NCBI GenBank assembly: GCA_038087875.1
Contig: CM075997.1
Span: 7,504,001-7,568,000, forward strand
Length of the DNA: 64,000 nucleotides
Source of the DNA: Malacoraja senta
Lineage: Eukaryota
Direction: 5' to 3'
A program made the translations under genes and the position numbers. Positions 50,410-63,061 of this stretch are shown piece by piece. The notes under the pieces are model-generated. The model searched no databases and was not told the origin of the DNA. It saw nothing but the letters and a program-made list of their open reading frames with translations. Position 1 is the first letter of the stretch; every line of letters starts with the position of its first letter.

Positions 50410-52305
50410 AGGAACTGCAGGCTCAGTTAGAAACTGGCAACTATGATGTTGAGGGAATTACTGAGACATGGCTGCAAGAGGGTCAGGGCTGGGTACTGAA
50501 TATTCAAGGGTATACCTCCTATCGAAAAGACAGACAGGTGGGCAGAGGGTTCGGGTAGCTCTGTTGGGGAGGAATGAGATTCACTCCCTTGAAAGGGGTG
50601 ACATTGAAACAGGAGATGTGGAGTCAGTATGGCTAGAACTAAGGAATTGTAAAGGTAAAAATATCGTAATGGGACTAATCTACAGGCCCCCAAACAGTAG
50701 TCTGGACATAGGGTGCAAGTTGAATCAGGAGTTAAAATTGGCATGCAGCAAAAGTAATGCTGTGGTTGTTATGGGATATATCAACATGCAGGTAGACTGG
50801 GAAAATCAAGTTGGTACTGGACCCCAAGAAAGGGACATCGTAGAGTGCCTTAGTGATGGATTCTTAGAACAGCTTGTATTGGAGCCTACCAGGGAGAAGG
50901 CAATTCTGGATTCAGTATTATGTGATGAACCGGATTTGATAAAGGACCTCGAGGTTAATGAGCCATTAGGTGGTAGTGACCATAACATGGTCAGGTTTAA
51001 TCTACAATTGGAGAGGGAGAAAGGTAGATCGGAGGTGTCAGTGTAACAGTTGAATAAAGGGGACTATGGGGCCATGAGGTAGTAGCTGGCCAAAGTTGCT
51101 TGGAAAGAGACACTAGCACGGATGACAGTGGAACAAAAATGGCAGGTATTTCTAGGAATAATACTAGGAACTGCAGGATCAGTTCATTCCCAGGAGGAAG
51201 AAAGATTCCAAGGGGAGAAAGGGGCGACCATGGCTGACAATGACGTCAGGGACAATATAAAAATTAAAGCGAAGAAGTACAACGTAGCAACGATGAGGGG
51301 GAAGCAAGAGGATTTGGTAATGTTTAAAGAAAAACTGAAGATAACCAAAAAGACAATACTGGGAGAAACCATGAGGTACGAACGTAAGCTTTAGTAAAAG
51401 CATATTTAGGTATGTGAAGAGGAAAAAATTAGTTAATACCAAAGTTGGACCCTTGAAGACCGAAAAAGATGAATTTATTATGGGGAACAAGGAAATGGCA
51501 GATGAGTTGAACAGGTACTTTGGATTTGGGGATGATTGGGGATGATAAGTAATGATCACATTGAATGGCGGTGCTGGCTCGAAGGGCAGAATGGTCTACT
51601 CCTGCATCTATTATCTATTGTCTATTGAAATTCGCATAAGTCCGGAAATGGAGTTTGGTAAACTGTTGAGACGGAAGGAAAATAAATCTCCAGGGCCTGA
51701 TGGTCTGCATCCCAGAGTATTCAACGAGGTGGCCGTAGAAATCACAGATGCATTGGTGATCATTTTCTAATTTTCTAAGGACTCTGGATCAGTTCCCGTA
51801 GACTGGAGGATAGCTAATGTAATGCCACTTTTTAATTAAGGAGGGAGAGAGAAAACATGGTATTAAAGACCAGTTCGCCTGACATCGGTAATGGGGAACA
51901 CGCTTGAGTCGATTATTAAAGATTTAATAGCAGAGCATTTAGAAAGCTGTGACAGTATCGATCAATGTCAGCATGGATTTATGAAGGGGAAATGATGCTT
52001 GACTAATCTTCCGGAATTTTTTGAGGACGTGACAAGTAGAAGGTATACAGGAGTGGCAGTGGATGTGGTGAAAAAGCATTTGGTAAGGTCCCACACAAGA
52101 GATTAGAGTGCAAACTAAGAACAAATGGTATTAGGGTTAGGGTATTGACATGGATGGAGAACTGGTTGGCAGACAGGAAGCAAAGCGTTGGAATTAATGG
52201 GTCCTTTTCAAAATGTCAGGCAGTGACTAGTGAGGTGCTTCAAGGCTCAGTGCCAGGTCCCCAGTTATTTACAATATATACTAACTATTCAGACGAAGGA
52301 ATTAC
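50410..52305 (+). mobile_element. CR1 ORF2 fragments (APE and RT N-terminal part), decayed
   Basis: GITETWL, VESVWLEL, IYRPPN, GGSDHNMV, KSPGPDGLHPRV, LQGSVPGP. Confidence 0.88.
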
Positions 52306-52349
52306 AACTGGGAGGGCCAATGACAGAACACATTAGAGACTACAATAGG

Positions 52350-53030
52350 CAATGGACAATAGGTGCAGGAGTAGGCCATTCGGCCCTTCGAGCCAGCACC
52401 GCCATACTAAGTGATCATGGCTGATCATCCACAATCAGTACCCCGTTCCTGCCTTCCGCCCATATCCCCTGACTCCACTATCTTTAATAGCCATATCTAG
52501 CTCCCTCTTGAAAGTATCCAGAGAACCGGCCACCACTGTACTCTGAGGCAGAGAATTCCAAAGACGCGCAATTCTTTGTGTGAAAAAGTGTTTCCTCATC
52601 TCCGTTCTAAATGGCTTACCCCTTATGCTTAAACTGTGGTCCTTGGTTTTAGACCCCCCCCCCCCAAAAAAAAAATCGGGAACATGTTTCCTGCCTCTAT
52701 TGTGTCCAAATGCATAATAAGCTTATATATTTGAATTGGATCCCCTTTCATCCTTCTAAAGTCCAGAGTGTACAAGCCCAGCTGCTACATTCTCTCAGCA
52801 TATGACAGCCCCGCTATCCCGGGAATTATCCTTGTAAACCTCCGCTGCACACCCTCTATAACAAGAATGTCCTTCGTCAAATCTGAGAGCAAAACTACAC
52901 ACAATACTCCAGGTGTGGTCACACTACATCTCTATACAACTGCAGAAGGACCTATTTGCTCCTATACTCGACTCCTCTTGTTATGAAGGCCAACACGCAT
53001 TCGTTTTTTTCACTGCCTGCTGTACCTGTT
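52350..53030 (-). mobile_element. CR1 3' fragment
   Basis: Closely similar to 34412-35060. Confidence 0.85.
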
Positions 53031-53399
53031 ACTGCTATCCAAATGTGCCACTAATTCATCTTTTATGATTGACCAGCATTTTCCCATCCACCGATGTCAG
53101 GCTAACTGGTCTATGATTCCATGTTTAATCGGGTACATACTCGGGGATTCCATTGGTGTGTCCAATGCTGATGGCAACAGCATGGAAACAGGCCCTTCGA
53201 CCCGTCTCGTCCTTGCAGAACAAGATGGTTATTTACTGTAACCTTTTTCACTTGTATTTGTCCCATATCCCTCTATTCATATCCGAGGCAAACGGCTGTC
53301 CAAATGCCGTTTATTTGTGTGATGGTTTCTGCCCCCATCACTTCTAATGAAAATATAGCTCCACCTCTGGCGTGGAATGCCTACCCGTCAGTATTCCAG

Positions 53400-55560
53400 T
53401 AAATCTTTCCCCTTTCGACTAAACTGAGGTTCACTGGATTTGGATTCCCCCAGACTAACGCTGTCAATTCCAGATAACATCCTGGTGAATCTGTTCCACA
53501 CTGTCTCCGATGATAGGACATCCTTTCCATCATACGTTGGCCAGAACGACACAAAATAACCTGACAGATATTTAAAGTACAACTGAGGAGAGGGGTGACA
53601 TTGGAACTTTATTTAAATCATGCTTTTTTTAAATTTAGATGTTCAGATGTATTTCAGAACATCTAAAGTGAGTTCAGAATCAGACGCAGATGGATAGTGA
53701 AACCATCAGTGAGTCCAGAGGTGTATGTTGCAATGAGTTGGAATTGAGGGAAGAAAACCGAATTAGCTGGAATGTGTCTGCACAAATAGAGAGTTAAGAT
53801 ATTCATCACTAGTCCATGGATCTCTATAATGTGGTCATAGAACAGCTTTGCGACAAGACACACCTGGCGAAACATGCAAACATGTCCGTTCATCTACAGT
53901 GGGTCAGCATGAGGCAAATGTTGTCACTGGTGTCACTGGTGAAATGTTGTCATTGGTGTCACCAATGTTATCAGAGCAGTGTGCGATGGAATTGGAAACT
54001 GGTTGTTACGTGAGATGTCCTGGGAATGGGTGCGGACCAAAGGCGGATTATCTGTAGAACAGTGGGATATAGGTTGGCAGGTACACATTGCATTGAAAGG
54101 TTGGCCATACATTCTTTTGGCACATTGGCTTTCATTGGCCAGATCATTGCGTATAGAAGTTGGGACGTCACGATGCATTTGTACAAGACATCGGTGAGGC
54201 CACAATCAGTGTATTGTGTTCATTTTTTGGCACCATGATACAGGAACGATAGTGTCAATCTAGAAAGGGTGGTGAGGAGATTTAGGAGGATTTTGCTTTT
54301 ACCCGTGGGCCAGATCTAAAGGGAGAGATTCAGCTGGCTAGTACGTTACTCATTGGTGCACAGGAGGATCAGGGCGATCTTTTAGAGATGAACAAATTGA
54401 GGAAAGATGCAGATCGGGTAGATGCACAGAGTTGGGGAATCAAGAACCAGGGGACATTGTTTTAAGATGAGGGAGGAAAGATTTAATCAGAACCTGAGGG
54501 GCAACCTTTTTACATCAATTGTGATGGGTGTAAGGAACGAGCTGCGAGGGGAGGTAGTTGAGGCTGGTACTATCGCAACGTTTAAGGAACATCTAGACCG
54601 ACAAATAGATAGACCGTGTTTAGAGGAATACGGGCCAAAGGCTGGCAGGTGGGACTAGTGTAGATGAGACAAGTTGGCCGGTGTGGGCAAGTTGGGCCAT
54701 AGGGCTTGTTACCATATGGTATCATTCTGGTTCACTGACTCTTAACTGGAGGATGTGTGCACAATCAACGCGATAAGATATTCTTCACTTGTCTGTGGAT
54801 TTCTGTGCTGGGATCGGAGAACAGATGCACTTCAAGACAAGTCAGGTTCATCACACTTTTAAACATTATCAGTAGAGCAGTTATGGCCAGTGGTTACCCA
54901 TGGATAGGTTACCGGCAAACATGTCCAATCATCTAAGTGGCTTCGCATGAGGCAAATGTTGTCATTGGTGTCACTGGTGAATATATATCTGAGAAGTTTG
55001 CGACGGAACTGGGAACGTGTTATGTGAGATGTCCTGGGAATTGGTGTGGACCAAAGGTGAATTAACTGTAGAGCAGAGGGATCTAGGATGATAGGTCCAC
55101 ATTGCGTAGAAAGTAGCATCACAGGTAGTTAAGTAGGGCATAAAGCCTTTGGCACATTGGCTTTCATCGGCCAGAGCATAGAAGTTGGGAAGTCATGTTA
55201 CAGTTGTATAAGACGTCGGTGAGCCCGCATTTAGACTATTGTGTTGCGTTTTCGGTAACATGAAATAGGAAAGATGGTGCCAATCTGGAAAGGGGTAGAG
55301 GAGAATTACGAGGATGTTGCCAGGACCCGAAGGTCTGATCTAGTTGGACAGATTCGGCAGCTAATACTTTAATGCTTCGTGAGCAGCAGGATGAGGTGAT
55401 CAAAATAACGAGAGGAATATATTTTGTAGACGCACAGAGTAGGGGAAGCATGAACCAGGGACAGCGTTTTAAGATGAGGTGGGAAATTGATTCGGAACCT
55501 GAGGGGTAATTTTTCACACATAGGGTGATGGGTGTATAGACCAAGCTGCCAGAGGAGGTA
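53400..55560. repeat. low-copy duplicated region (unique ~300-bp block plus old CR1 piece), copies 1-2
   Basis: The block TGCACAA..AAGATATTC..CATGTCC..CATCT..GCATGAGGCAAATGTTGTCA.TGGTGTCACTGGTGAA..GTGAGATGTCCTGGGAAT occurs at ~53775 and ~54750, and again at ~60185 and ~62005. Confidence 0.8.
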
Positions 55561-55897
55561 TTTCAGGCCGCTATTCACAGCGTCATATAGTCATGGAGTG
55601 ATATGGTGTGGAAACAGGTCCTTCGGCCCAACGTGCCCACACCGGCCAACATGCCCCATCTACACTAGTCCCATCTGCCAGCATTTGGCCCATATCACTC
55701 CAATCCTCTCATTTTCACGTACCTTTCTAACTGTTGCATAAATGTTGGGATAGTCCCTGCCTTAACTACCTCCTCTGGCATCTTGTTCCAAACATCAGCA
55801 CCAATTGTGTGAAAATGGTATCCGTCAGATCCCTATTAATTTTTTCCCCTTCAGGGCACGAGAATCTGTGTTTCTACCCGTTATATCTCTCTCTCAT

Positions 55898-56074
55898 TGT
55901 TGTGTATTTGGGTGCTTGGAACTGACTTAAAATAACACTCAGATACGGAATAAATTATCAAGCTTCTTTATTCCAGGATGCCACCTTGAGTCTCCCCCAG
56001 CGCATGCATTCCCTCGCACAAGACATAACATATGCTAATTATATCACATACATCACACTGCTCCCCCTTTAACT
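55898..56074 (-). mobile_element. 3' LTR (55898-56057, 160 bp) and polypurine tract (56058-56074) of a Gypsy-like non-autonomous LTR element
   Basis: Minus strand: AGTTAAAGGGGGAGCAG|TGTGATGTATG...AATAAA...ATACACAACA. TG..CA termini with terminal inverted similarity. A second PPT copy lies at 56113-56129. Confidence 0.75.
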
Positions 56075-56316
56075 TAGAGGCAGGTAACACCATTTATATA
56101 ATATACACCAGACTGCTCCCCCTTTAACTTGGCGGATAACACCATTTCGATTACATTAAATATCATTGATTAACACACTGTTGCAAAATTATATAATGAC
56201 ATTCATCTTACATTACATCCTCATAACTGTAATAATCGTATCTAAACTTGGCACTTATAATTTTTCATTCCACTCATCTTCCTTAAACCAACTACATTAC
56301 CCCTTGCTTTATGTGT

Positions 56317-56824
56317 TATCATTTTCCGTTCCCTTCTATGTAAATTACGCACTCTTTCTAATCACTCTAGCTGTATCTGTATCTCTGCCTCTTCCCTTTT
56401 TAAATGTCCTAATCTAATTTGCAGATTTCTTCCTGTTCGTGATATTCTGCTAAAGTTAACATTTCCTTCTCTGCTCCATTTACTTTGTTTTCCTCTGTTT
56501 CCTTTCCTTATTTGTAGGTGGCATCTGACACATGACTTCAGGTATTCGTTTACTGGCAGCTTTCTTTGTCACTCAATTTCCATTCGCTGCGTATTTATCT
56601 GCTCGTGTTGGTTGATGAGTTTCTGCTTTGCATAAACATTTGTCCATTGCTCATGGAAGGAAGCTCCATGCTGAACTATAGTGAAGTGTCCTAGTCGCAA
56701 TCGGTCCTGCATACTTTTAGACTTTATTATTAGCATCTTTTTGCTCATCGTCACACATTTATTTAACCGTTCTTTGTATCGTTTAAGCATTTTTGTTGTT
56801 CAGCTATTTGTCTTCTTAAATCAC
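56317..56824 (-). pseudogene. TLK2: tousled-like kinase 2 coiled-coil region, intron-less decayed retrocopy fragment
   Basis: Across frames: [94 protein letters not shown], matching the recalled TLK2 sequence. Contains stops and frameshifts. Confidence 0.88.
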
Positions 56825-57519
56825 CTTTCTGGTTATTCCTCAAGAAGTAGGATCTATATTATCTTTGCAATATAACAGTGGCTTTGATTTGTGCTGTGTA
56901 TATTTTCTTACTACATAAGCACGGTAGTGAGACTGCTCTACAACTGCTGCATAATTCAGTTTGAGGAAGACTTTCCTATATCGTTTAAGTCTTTTATATC
57001 GTTTCAGCCCTTTCTGTTTTGTATCTATTTGTCTTATTAGGTCTTTCCAATACCAACTCATACAAAGTAGTGCCTGAACTTTTACAGTAGCCTTCTTTTG
57101 CTTAACCCAGTGCCTAACCACCATACCCTTGTAGGCAACCTGAATGGTAATGGTCGCATACCTCATTTACAGATATTGCACAAACTGGGAATGCCCTATT
57201 TTGCATGCTTTGTACCATCTGGGGATCGAAATTACTGCTTGAGGCATTGATCTGTAGCATACCCTTAATCGGTAACAGCGGTATGCATCTTGCAGAGTGA
57301 CTACAGTCGCCTTTTGCAACAATAACTCTTTTCTTGTATTGCACATCCTTATGAATGACTTAATATGGCGTGCTGCTTTGATTTTTTCAACCAATGCTCT
57401 GGCTTTAATCCAACGATAGAAGGCCTGAATACAAACCACTGCTTTTCTCAAACTATTATAATGTATCACTTGGACACCTCTTATCTGGCAAGCTCTGTAT
57501 CGCTGCTGTACCGCAATGT
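56825..57519 (-). pseudogene. ASPM: ASPM-like IQ-repeat fragment, decayed
   Basis: Serial IQ motifs: AVQQRYRA, AVVCIQAFYR, VVTLQDAYR, ATITIQVAYKG, AAVVEQSHYRA, ATVILQR*YRS. The dense spacing resembles the ASPM IQ array. Confidence 0.75.
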
Positions 57520-57629
57520 CAGATCAGCCATGATCACAATGAATGGGGGTGCTGGCTCGAAGGGCCGAATGGCCTCCTCTTGCACATATTTTCTACAGTT
57601 CCTATGTTTCTAACATGTCCCATCTACAC

Positions 57630-59160
57630 TAGAAAAATAGAAACATAGAAATAGGTGCAGGAGGAGGCCTTTCGGCCCTTCCAGCCAGCACCGCCATTCA
57701 TTGTGATGATGGCTGATCGTCCACTATCAATAACCCGTGCCTGCCTTCTCCCCATTTCCCTTGACTCCACAAACCTTTAGAGCTATATTTAACTATCTCT
57801 TAAATCCATCCAGTAAATTGGCCTGCACTGCCCGCTGTGGCAGAGAATTCCATAAATTCACAACTCTCTGGGTGAAAACGTGTATTCTCACCTCAGTCTT
57901 AAATGACCTACCCATTATTCTAAGACAGTGGCTCCTGATTCTGGACTCGCCCAACATTGGGGAAAAAATTCCTGCATCTAGCTTGTCCAGTCCTTTTATA
58001 ATTGTATATGTTTCTATAAGGTCACCCCTCATCCTTCTAAACTCCAGTGAATACAAGCCTAGTCTATTCAATCTTTCCTCATATGACAGTCCCGCCATCC
58101 CAGGGTTCAATCTCGTGAACCTACGCTGCACTGCCTCAATCACAAGGATGTCATTCCTCAAATTAGGAGACCAAAACTGTACACAATACTCCAGATGTGG
58201 TCTCACCAGACCACATCTGGAGTATACAACAGCAGAAGAACCACTTCTATCCTGAAATCATCTTGTTATGAAGGCCAACATTCCATTAGCTTTCTTCACT
58301 GCCTGCTGTACCTGTAAGCCAACTTTCAGTGACCGGTGTACAAGGACGCCCAGGTCTCGCTCCACCCCCCCCTTACCAAAAATAACCCCTTTGAGATAAC
58401 CATCTGCCCCCTTGTTTTGCCGCGAAAGTGGATAACCTCACAGTTTTTATATTATACTGCATCTGCCACGCATCTGTCCACTCACTCAACCTGTCCATGT
58501 CACCCTGCAAACGCCTAACATCCTCTTCACACTTCACACTGCCACCCAGCTTTGTGTCATCCGCAAACTTGGTAGTGTTGCCCCTAATTCCCTCTTCAAA
58601 ATCATTAATAGATATGGTAAACGGTTGCGGCCCCAACACCGAGCCTTGCGGCACTACACTCGCCACTGCCTGCCATTCTGAAAGGGACCCGTTCACTCCT
58701 ACTCTTTGCTTCCGGTCTGCCAAACAATATTCTGTCGATGTCAACACCCTACCCCCAATACCATGTGCTCTAATATTAGTCACCCGTCTCCCGTGCGGGA
58801 CCTTATCAAAGGCTTTCTGAAAGTCTAGATACACTACATCCACTGGCACCCTTCATAAATTGTATTTGTCACATCCTCAAAAAATTCCAGAAGATTAGTC
58901 AAGCATGATTTCCCTTTCATTGACTTGCACCAATCCATTTACTGATATCCAAATGCCCCATTATTACCTCTTTAATAATTGACCCTGCATCGTTCCCACC
59001 ACCGAAGTCAGGCTAACTGGTCTGTAATTCCCCGTTTTCTCTCTCGCTGCTTTATTCTAAAGTGGGATAACATTAGCTATTCTCCAATCCACTGGAACTG
59101 ATCCTGAATCTATTGAACATTGGAAAATGATCACCAATGCGTCCACTATTTCTAGGGCCA
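57630..59160 (-). mobile_element. CR1 LINE RT and 3' end
   Basis: VDVVYLDFQKAFDKVPH, VPQGSVLGP, KFADDTKLG, RPHLEYCVQFWSP. Confidence 0.92.
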
Positions 59161-60010
59161 CTATACCCTCCTGCCTGCATTTGGTCCATATCCCGCCAAA
59201 CCTGTCATATTCACATACCTATCTAACTGTATCATAAATGTTGGGAAAGTCACTGCCTCAACTACCTCCTCTGGCATCTTGTTCCCCTCATCCAGCACCC
59301 CTTGTGTGAAAAAGGTGTCCGTCAGATTGCTATTTAATCTTTTCCCCTTCACCTTCACCTTAAACATGTGTCCTCTGCACATCAATTCTTCTATTCAGTG
59401 CATGAGAATATGTGCTTCTACCCGATGTATTCCTCTCCTGATCTTGTACACCTATATAAGATCACCCTTCTTCCTCCTGCGCATCAAGGAATAGAATCCT
59501 TGCATACTTGACCGCTCCCCAGAGGCTCTACCCGGGCTACATACTTGTAAAATGTCTATGTAAAGTTTCCAGTTTTCAAAGTCTTTCCAGTAACACAGTA
59601 CCCAGATCGGAACACAATACTCCAAATGCGGCATACTAAGGTCTTATGCAACTTATACATGGTGCCCGACCATTCACTGTGTTGATCCTGCCAAGTTAGA
59701 CTTCATTACTCTGCAAGTTACTCTGCATTAAATTCCATCAACCATTCCTCAGCACACATGGCCAATCGATCAAGATCCCACTGCAATTATTCACAATCAT
59801 CCTCACTTTCTGCACAACCATCCACTTTTGCATTATCTGCAAACTTGCTTATCTAGCTCTGTATGTTCTCATCCAAAGCATTGATTTAGATGACAGACAG
59901 TAACGAGCCCAGCTCTGAATACAGAGTCACAGGACTCCAGTCCGAGATGCAACCATCACCCTCTGCTACCTTCCATGAAGACATTGTTCTATCCATTCAG
60001 CAATCTCTCC
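59161..60010 (-). mobile_element. old CR1 fragment
   Basis: PHLEYCVPIW and a CR1 3' coding end. Confidence 0.7.
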
Positions 60011-60179
60011 TTGTAACTATATAAAGCAACGAACAAAAAGCACTATCGCAAAACTTTAAAGAACATTTAGACAGGTGCATGGCCAGGACGTTTATAGGAA
60101 TATGGGGAGGAGACATGTTGGCCGGTGTGGGCTGGCTGGGCCGAAGATGCTGTGAGACGCTATGAAGCTACGGCTCTAA

Positions 60180-62300
60180 ACTGAAGGGTGTGTGCACAAA
60201 TAGTACAGAAAGATATTCCTCACTTGTCCGTGAATCTCTATCCTGGGATCGTAGAACAGATTCATTTCAAGACGAAGCAGGTTAATCTCACTTTTAAAAT
60301 TATTATTATAGCAATTATGTCCAATGGTCACCCATGGAGAGGTAACCTGCAAACATGTCCAATCATCTGCAGTGGCTCAGCACGAGGCAAATGTTGTCAA
60401 TGGTGTCATTGGTGAAATATATCTGAGCAGTGTGCGACAGAACTGGGTAACTGGTTGTTATGTGAGATGTCCTGGGAATTGTTGTGGACTAAAGGTGAAT
60501 TAACTGTAGAGCAGAGGGATCTAGGATGACAGGTACACATTGAGTTGAAAGTAGCATCACAGGTAGATAAGTTGGTCATAAAGCCTGTCGGCGCATTGGC
60601 CTTCATCGGTCAGAGCATTGAGTCTAGAAGTTGGGAGGTCATCTTGCTGTTGGATAATACGTTGGTTAGGCCGCATTGTTCCACGGGCAGCTTGTTCCAT
60701 ACATCCACCACCCATTGTGTGAAGAAGTTACCCCTCAGAGCCCTATTTAATATTTTCTCCTTCACCTTAAACATATGTCCTCTGGACCTCGACTCGCCTA
60801 CTCAGGGCAAGAGACTCCATGCATCTACCCGATCTTTTCCTCATGATCTTATACACCTCCATAAGATCACCCGTCTTTCTCCTGCGCTCCAAAGAGATCA
60901 ATCCCACAAAATCGAATCTGTCTTGTAACTAACGATATCAATTCCAGATAACATCCTGGTGAATCTGTTCCGAACTGCCTCAGGGAATAGGACATCATTT
61001 CTAGAATATGGTGACCAGAATTATACAAAAGGGCCTCGTAGACATTTGAAACACAACTGAGGAGAGCGCTGCCCTTGGAGGAGCAGTTGAGTCTTGATTT
61101 TTTCTTTATTGGGAAGTTCAGCTGTCGTGGAAGTGTGTTCAGAATCAGACGCAGATGGGAAGTGAAACCATCAGTGAGCTCAGAGGTGTCAGTACCTATG
61201 AGATGGAATGGAGGCAAAAAGTGAATAAACTCCAGAGCGGAGGCCATCAGTCTGAAGAAGGGTCTTGTTCCAAAACGTCACCCATTCCTTCTCTCCAGAG
61301 ATGATGCTTGTCCCGCTGAGTTATTGCTGCATTTTATGACTATCTATGAAATCTAGGACGACGGTGCATAGTGGGTTTAATGTAGCATCACAGATAGATA
61401 GGGTGGACAAAATGGCGATTGACACCGCCCTTCATCAGTCAGAGCATTGAGCAAAAAAGTTGGGAGGTCATGTTGCAGTTGTATCAGACGTTGGTGAGGC
61501 CGCATTTAGAGAATTGTATTCAGTTTTGAGCACTTTGGAAACATGGTGTCAAGATGGAAAGGGCAAAGAAGGTTTATGAGGATGTTGCCAGGACTGGAGG
61601 TCGTGATCTAGAGCGAGAGATTCAACTGCATAGTACTTTATTCCTTGGTGTGCAGGATGATGAGAGATGATCTTTGAGTTGACCAATATCCTGAGAGTAA
61701 TAGATCGAGTAAACGCACAGAATTGTGGAATCAATAACCAGGGACATTGGTTCAAGATGAGGGGGGAAAGATTGAATAGAACACTGAGCGGTAACTTTTT
61801 CACTCCAAGTGTAGTGGGTGTGCAGAACGAGCCGCCAAAAGGAGGTAGTTAAGGCCGGTACCATCGCAAAGTTTAAGGAACATGTAGGTAGGTACATGGA
61901 TTGGCCATGTTTTGAAGACTATGGGCCGATGGCAGGCAGGTGTGGGTAAGTTGGGCCAACGAGCCCGCTTCCACCTTGTAAGACTCTACGACTCCATAAC
62001 TGGAGGTTGAATGCACAATTAGCGTGGTAAGATATTCCTCACTTCTCCATGGATCTTTGTGCTGGGAGCGGCGAACGGATTCACATCAAGACAAATCAGG
62101 TTAATCACGCTTTTTAACGTGATGAGTTCATCAGATCTGTCAAATGGTTACCCATGGATAGGCTACCTGCACACATGTCCAATCATCTACAGTGGCTCAG
62201 CATGAGGGAAATGTTGTCAATGGTGTCACTGGTGAAAATATTTCTGAGCAGTGTGCGACAGATCTGGGTAACTGGTTGTTATGTGAGATGTCCTGGGAAT
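60180..62300. repeat. low-copy duplicated region, copies 3-4 (paralogous to 53400-55560)
   Basis: The same block occurs at ~60185 and ~62005. TCAGAATCAGACGCAGATGG..GTGAAACCATCAGTGAG is shared by 53674 and 61139. Confidence 0.8.
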
Positions 62301-62534
62301 GGATGATTCAAATAAATTACCTGTGCGTGACGTCAGTGTAGACAGAGATGGGTCTGGATAAGCAGTGACATTATCAGTAATTAATCTCATCTGTAAGAGT
62401 TCTCACTGCATCTTGCTATTCTACCAACGTTGGTGGGTGCAGACATATCTATTTGTTATTTTCATTACATTAGGCAGTGGGTAACTTTCTGTGCATAAGA
62501 TGGAAAGAATAACACATAATGTGTCAATCCAAAC

Positions 62535-63050
62535 ACTCCTCACGCTCTCTCTCCCCCTCCTCCAATTCTAACCCCACGTACTCCTCTCCCGCTCTACCCC
62601 CACTTCTCCGACCCTCTAACTACCCACCTCCTCCCCTCTCTCCACATTCCTCCCCACTCTCTCCCCACACGCCTCTCTGTCTTGCCGCACGCTTCCAATC
62701 TCTCTCCCCACACACCTCCCCTCTCTCGCCGCACCCTCTCTCTCCACACTCTCCTCCCACTCTCCTTCCCCACACTCCTTCTTTCTACTCCCACACTCTC
62801 CTCTCCTCCCATTCTCCCTATCCACACTGCTCCCATTCTCTCTCTCCACACACGATCCCTCTGCCCACACACGTCTCCCACTCTGCCCACACACGTCCCC
62901 CCCTCTGCCCACACACCTACCCCTCACTCTCCCCACACTCCCCCTATCTCTCCCCATACTCCACCGCCCACTTTCTCCCCCTTCCCATTTCCACACCACT
63001 CCCCCTCCCTCTCCCCACACCCCCCCCTCTCCCCATTCCTCCCCCTCTTT
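62535..63050. repeat. CT/CA-rich low-complexity tract
   Basis: Pyrimidine-rich imperfect repeats. Confidence 0.8.
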
Positions 63051-63061
63051 GCCTTTGTCAA

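Noticed and set aside
56317..57519. Authentic TLK2 or ASPM loci
   Set aside because: Multiple stops and frameshifts, no introns or flanking exons, and the two genes are fused to each other.
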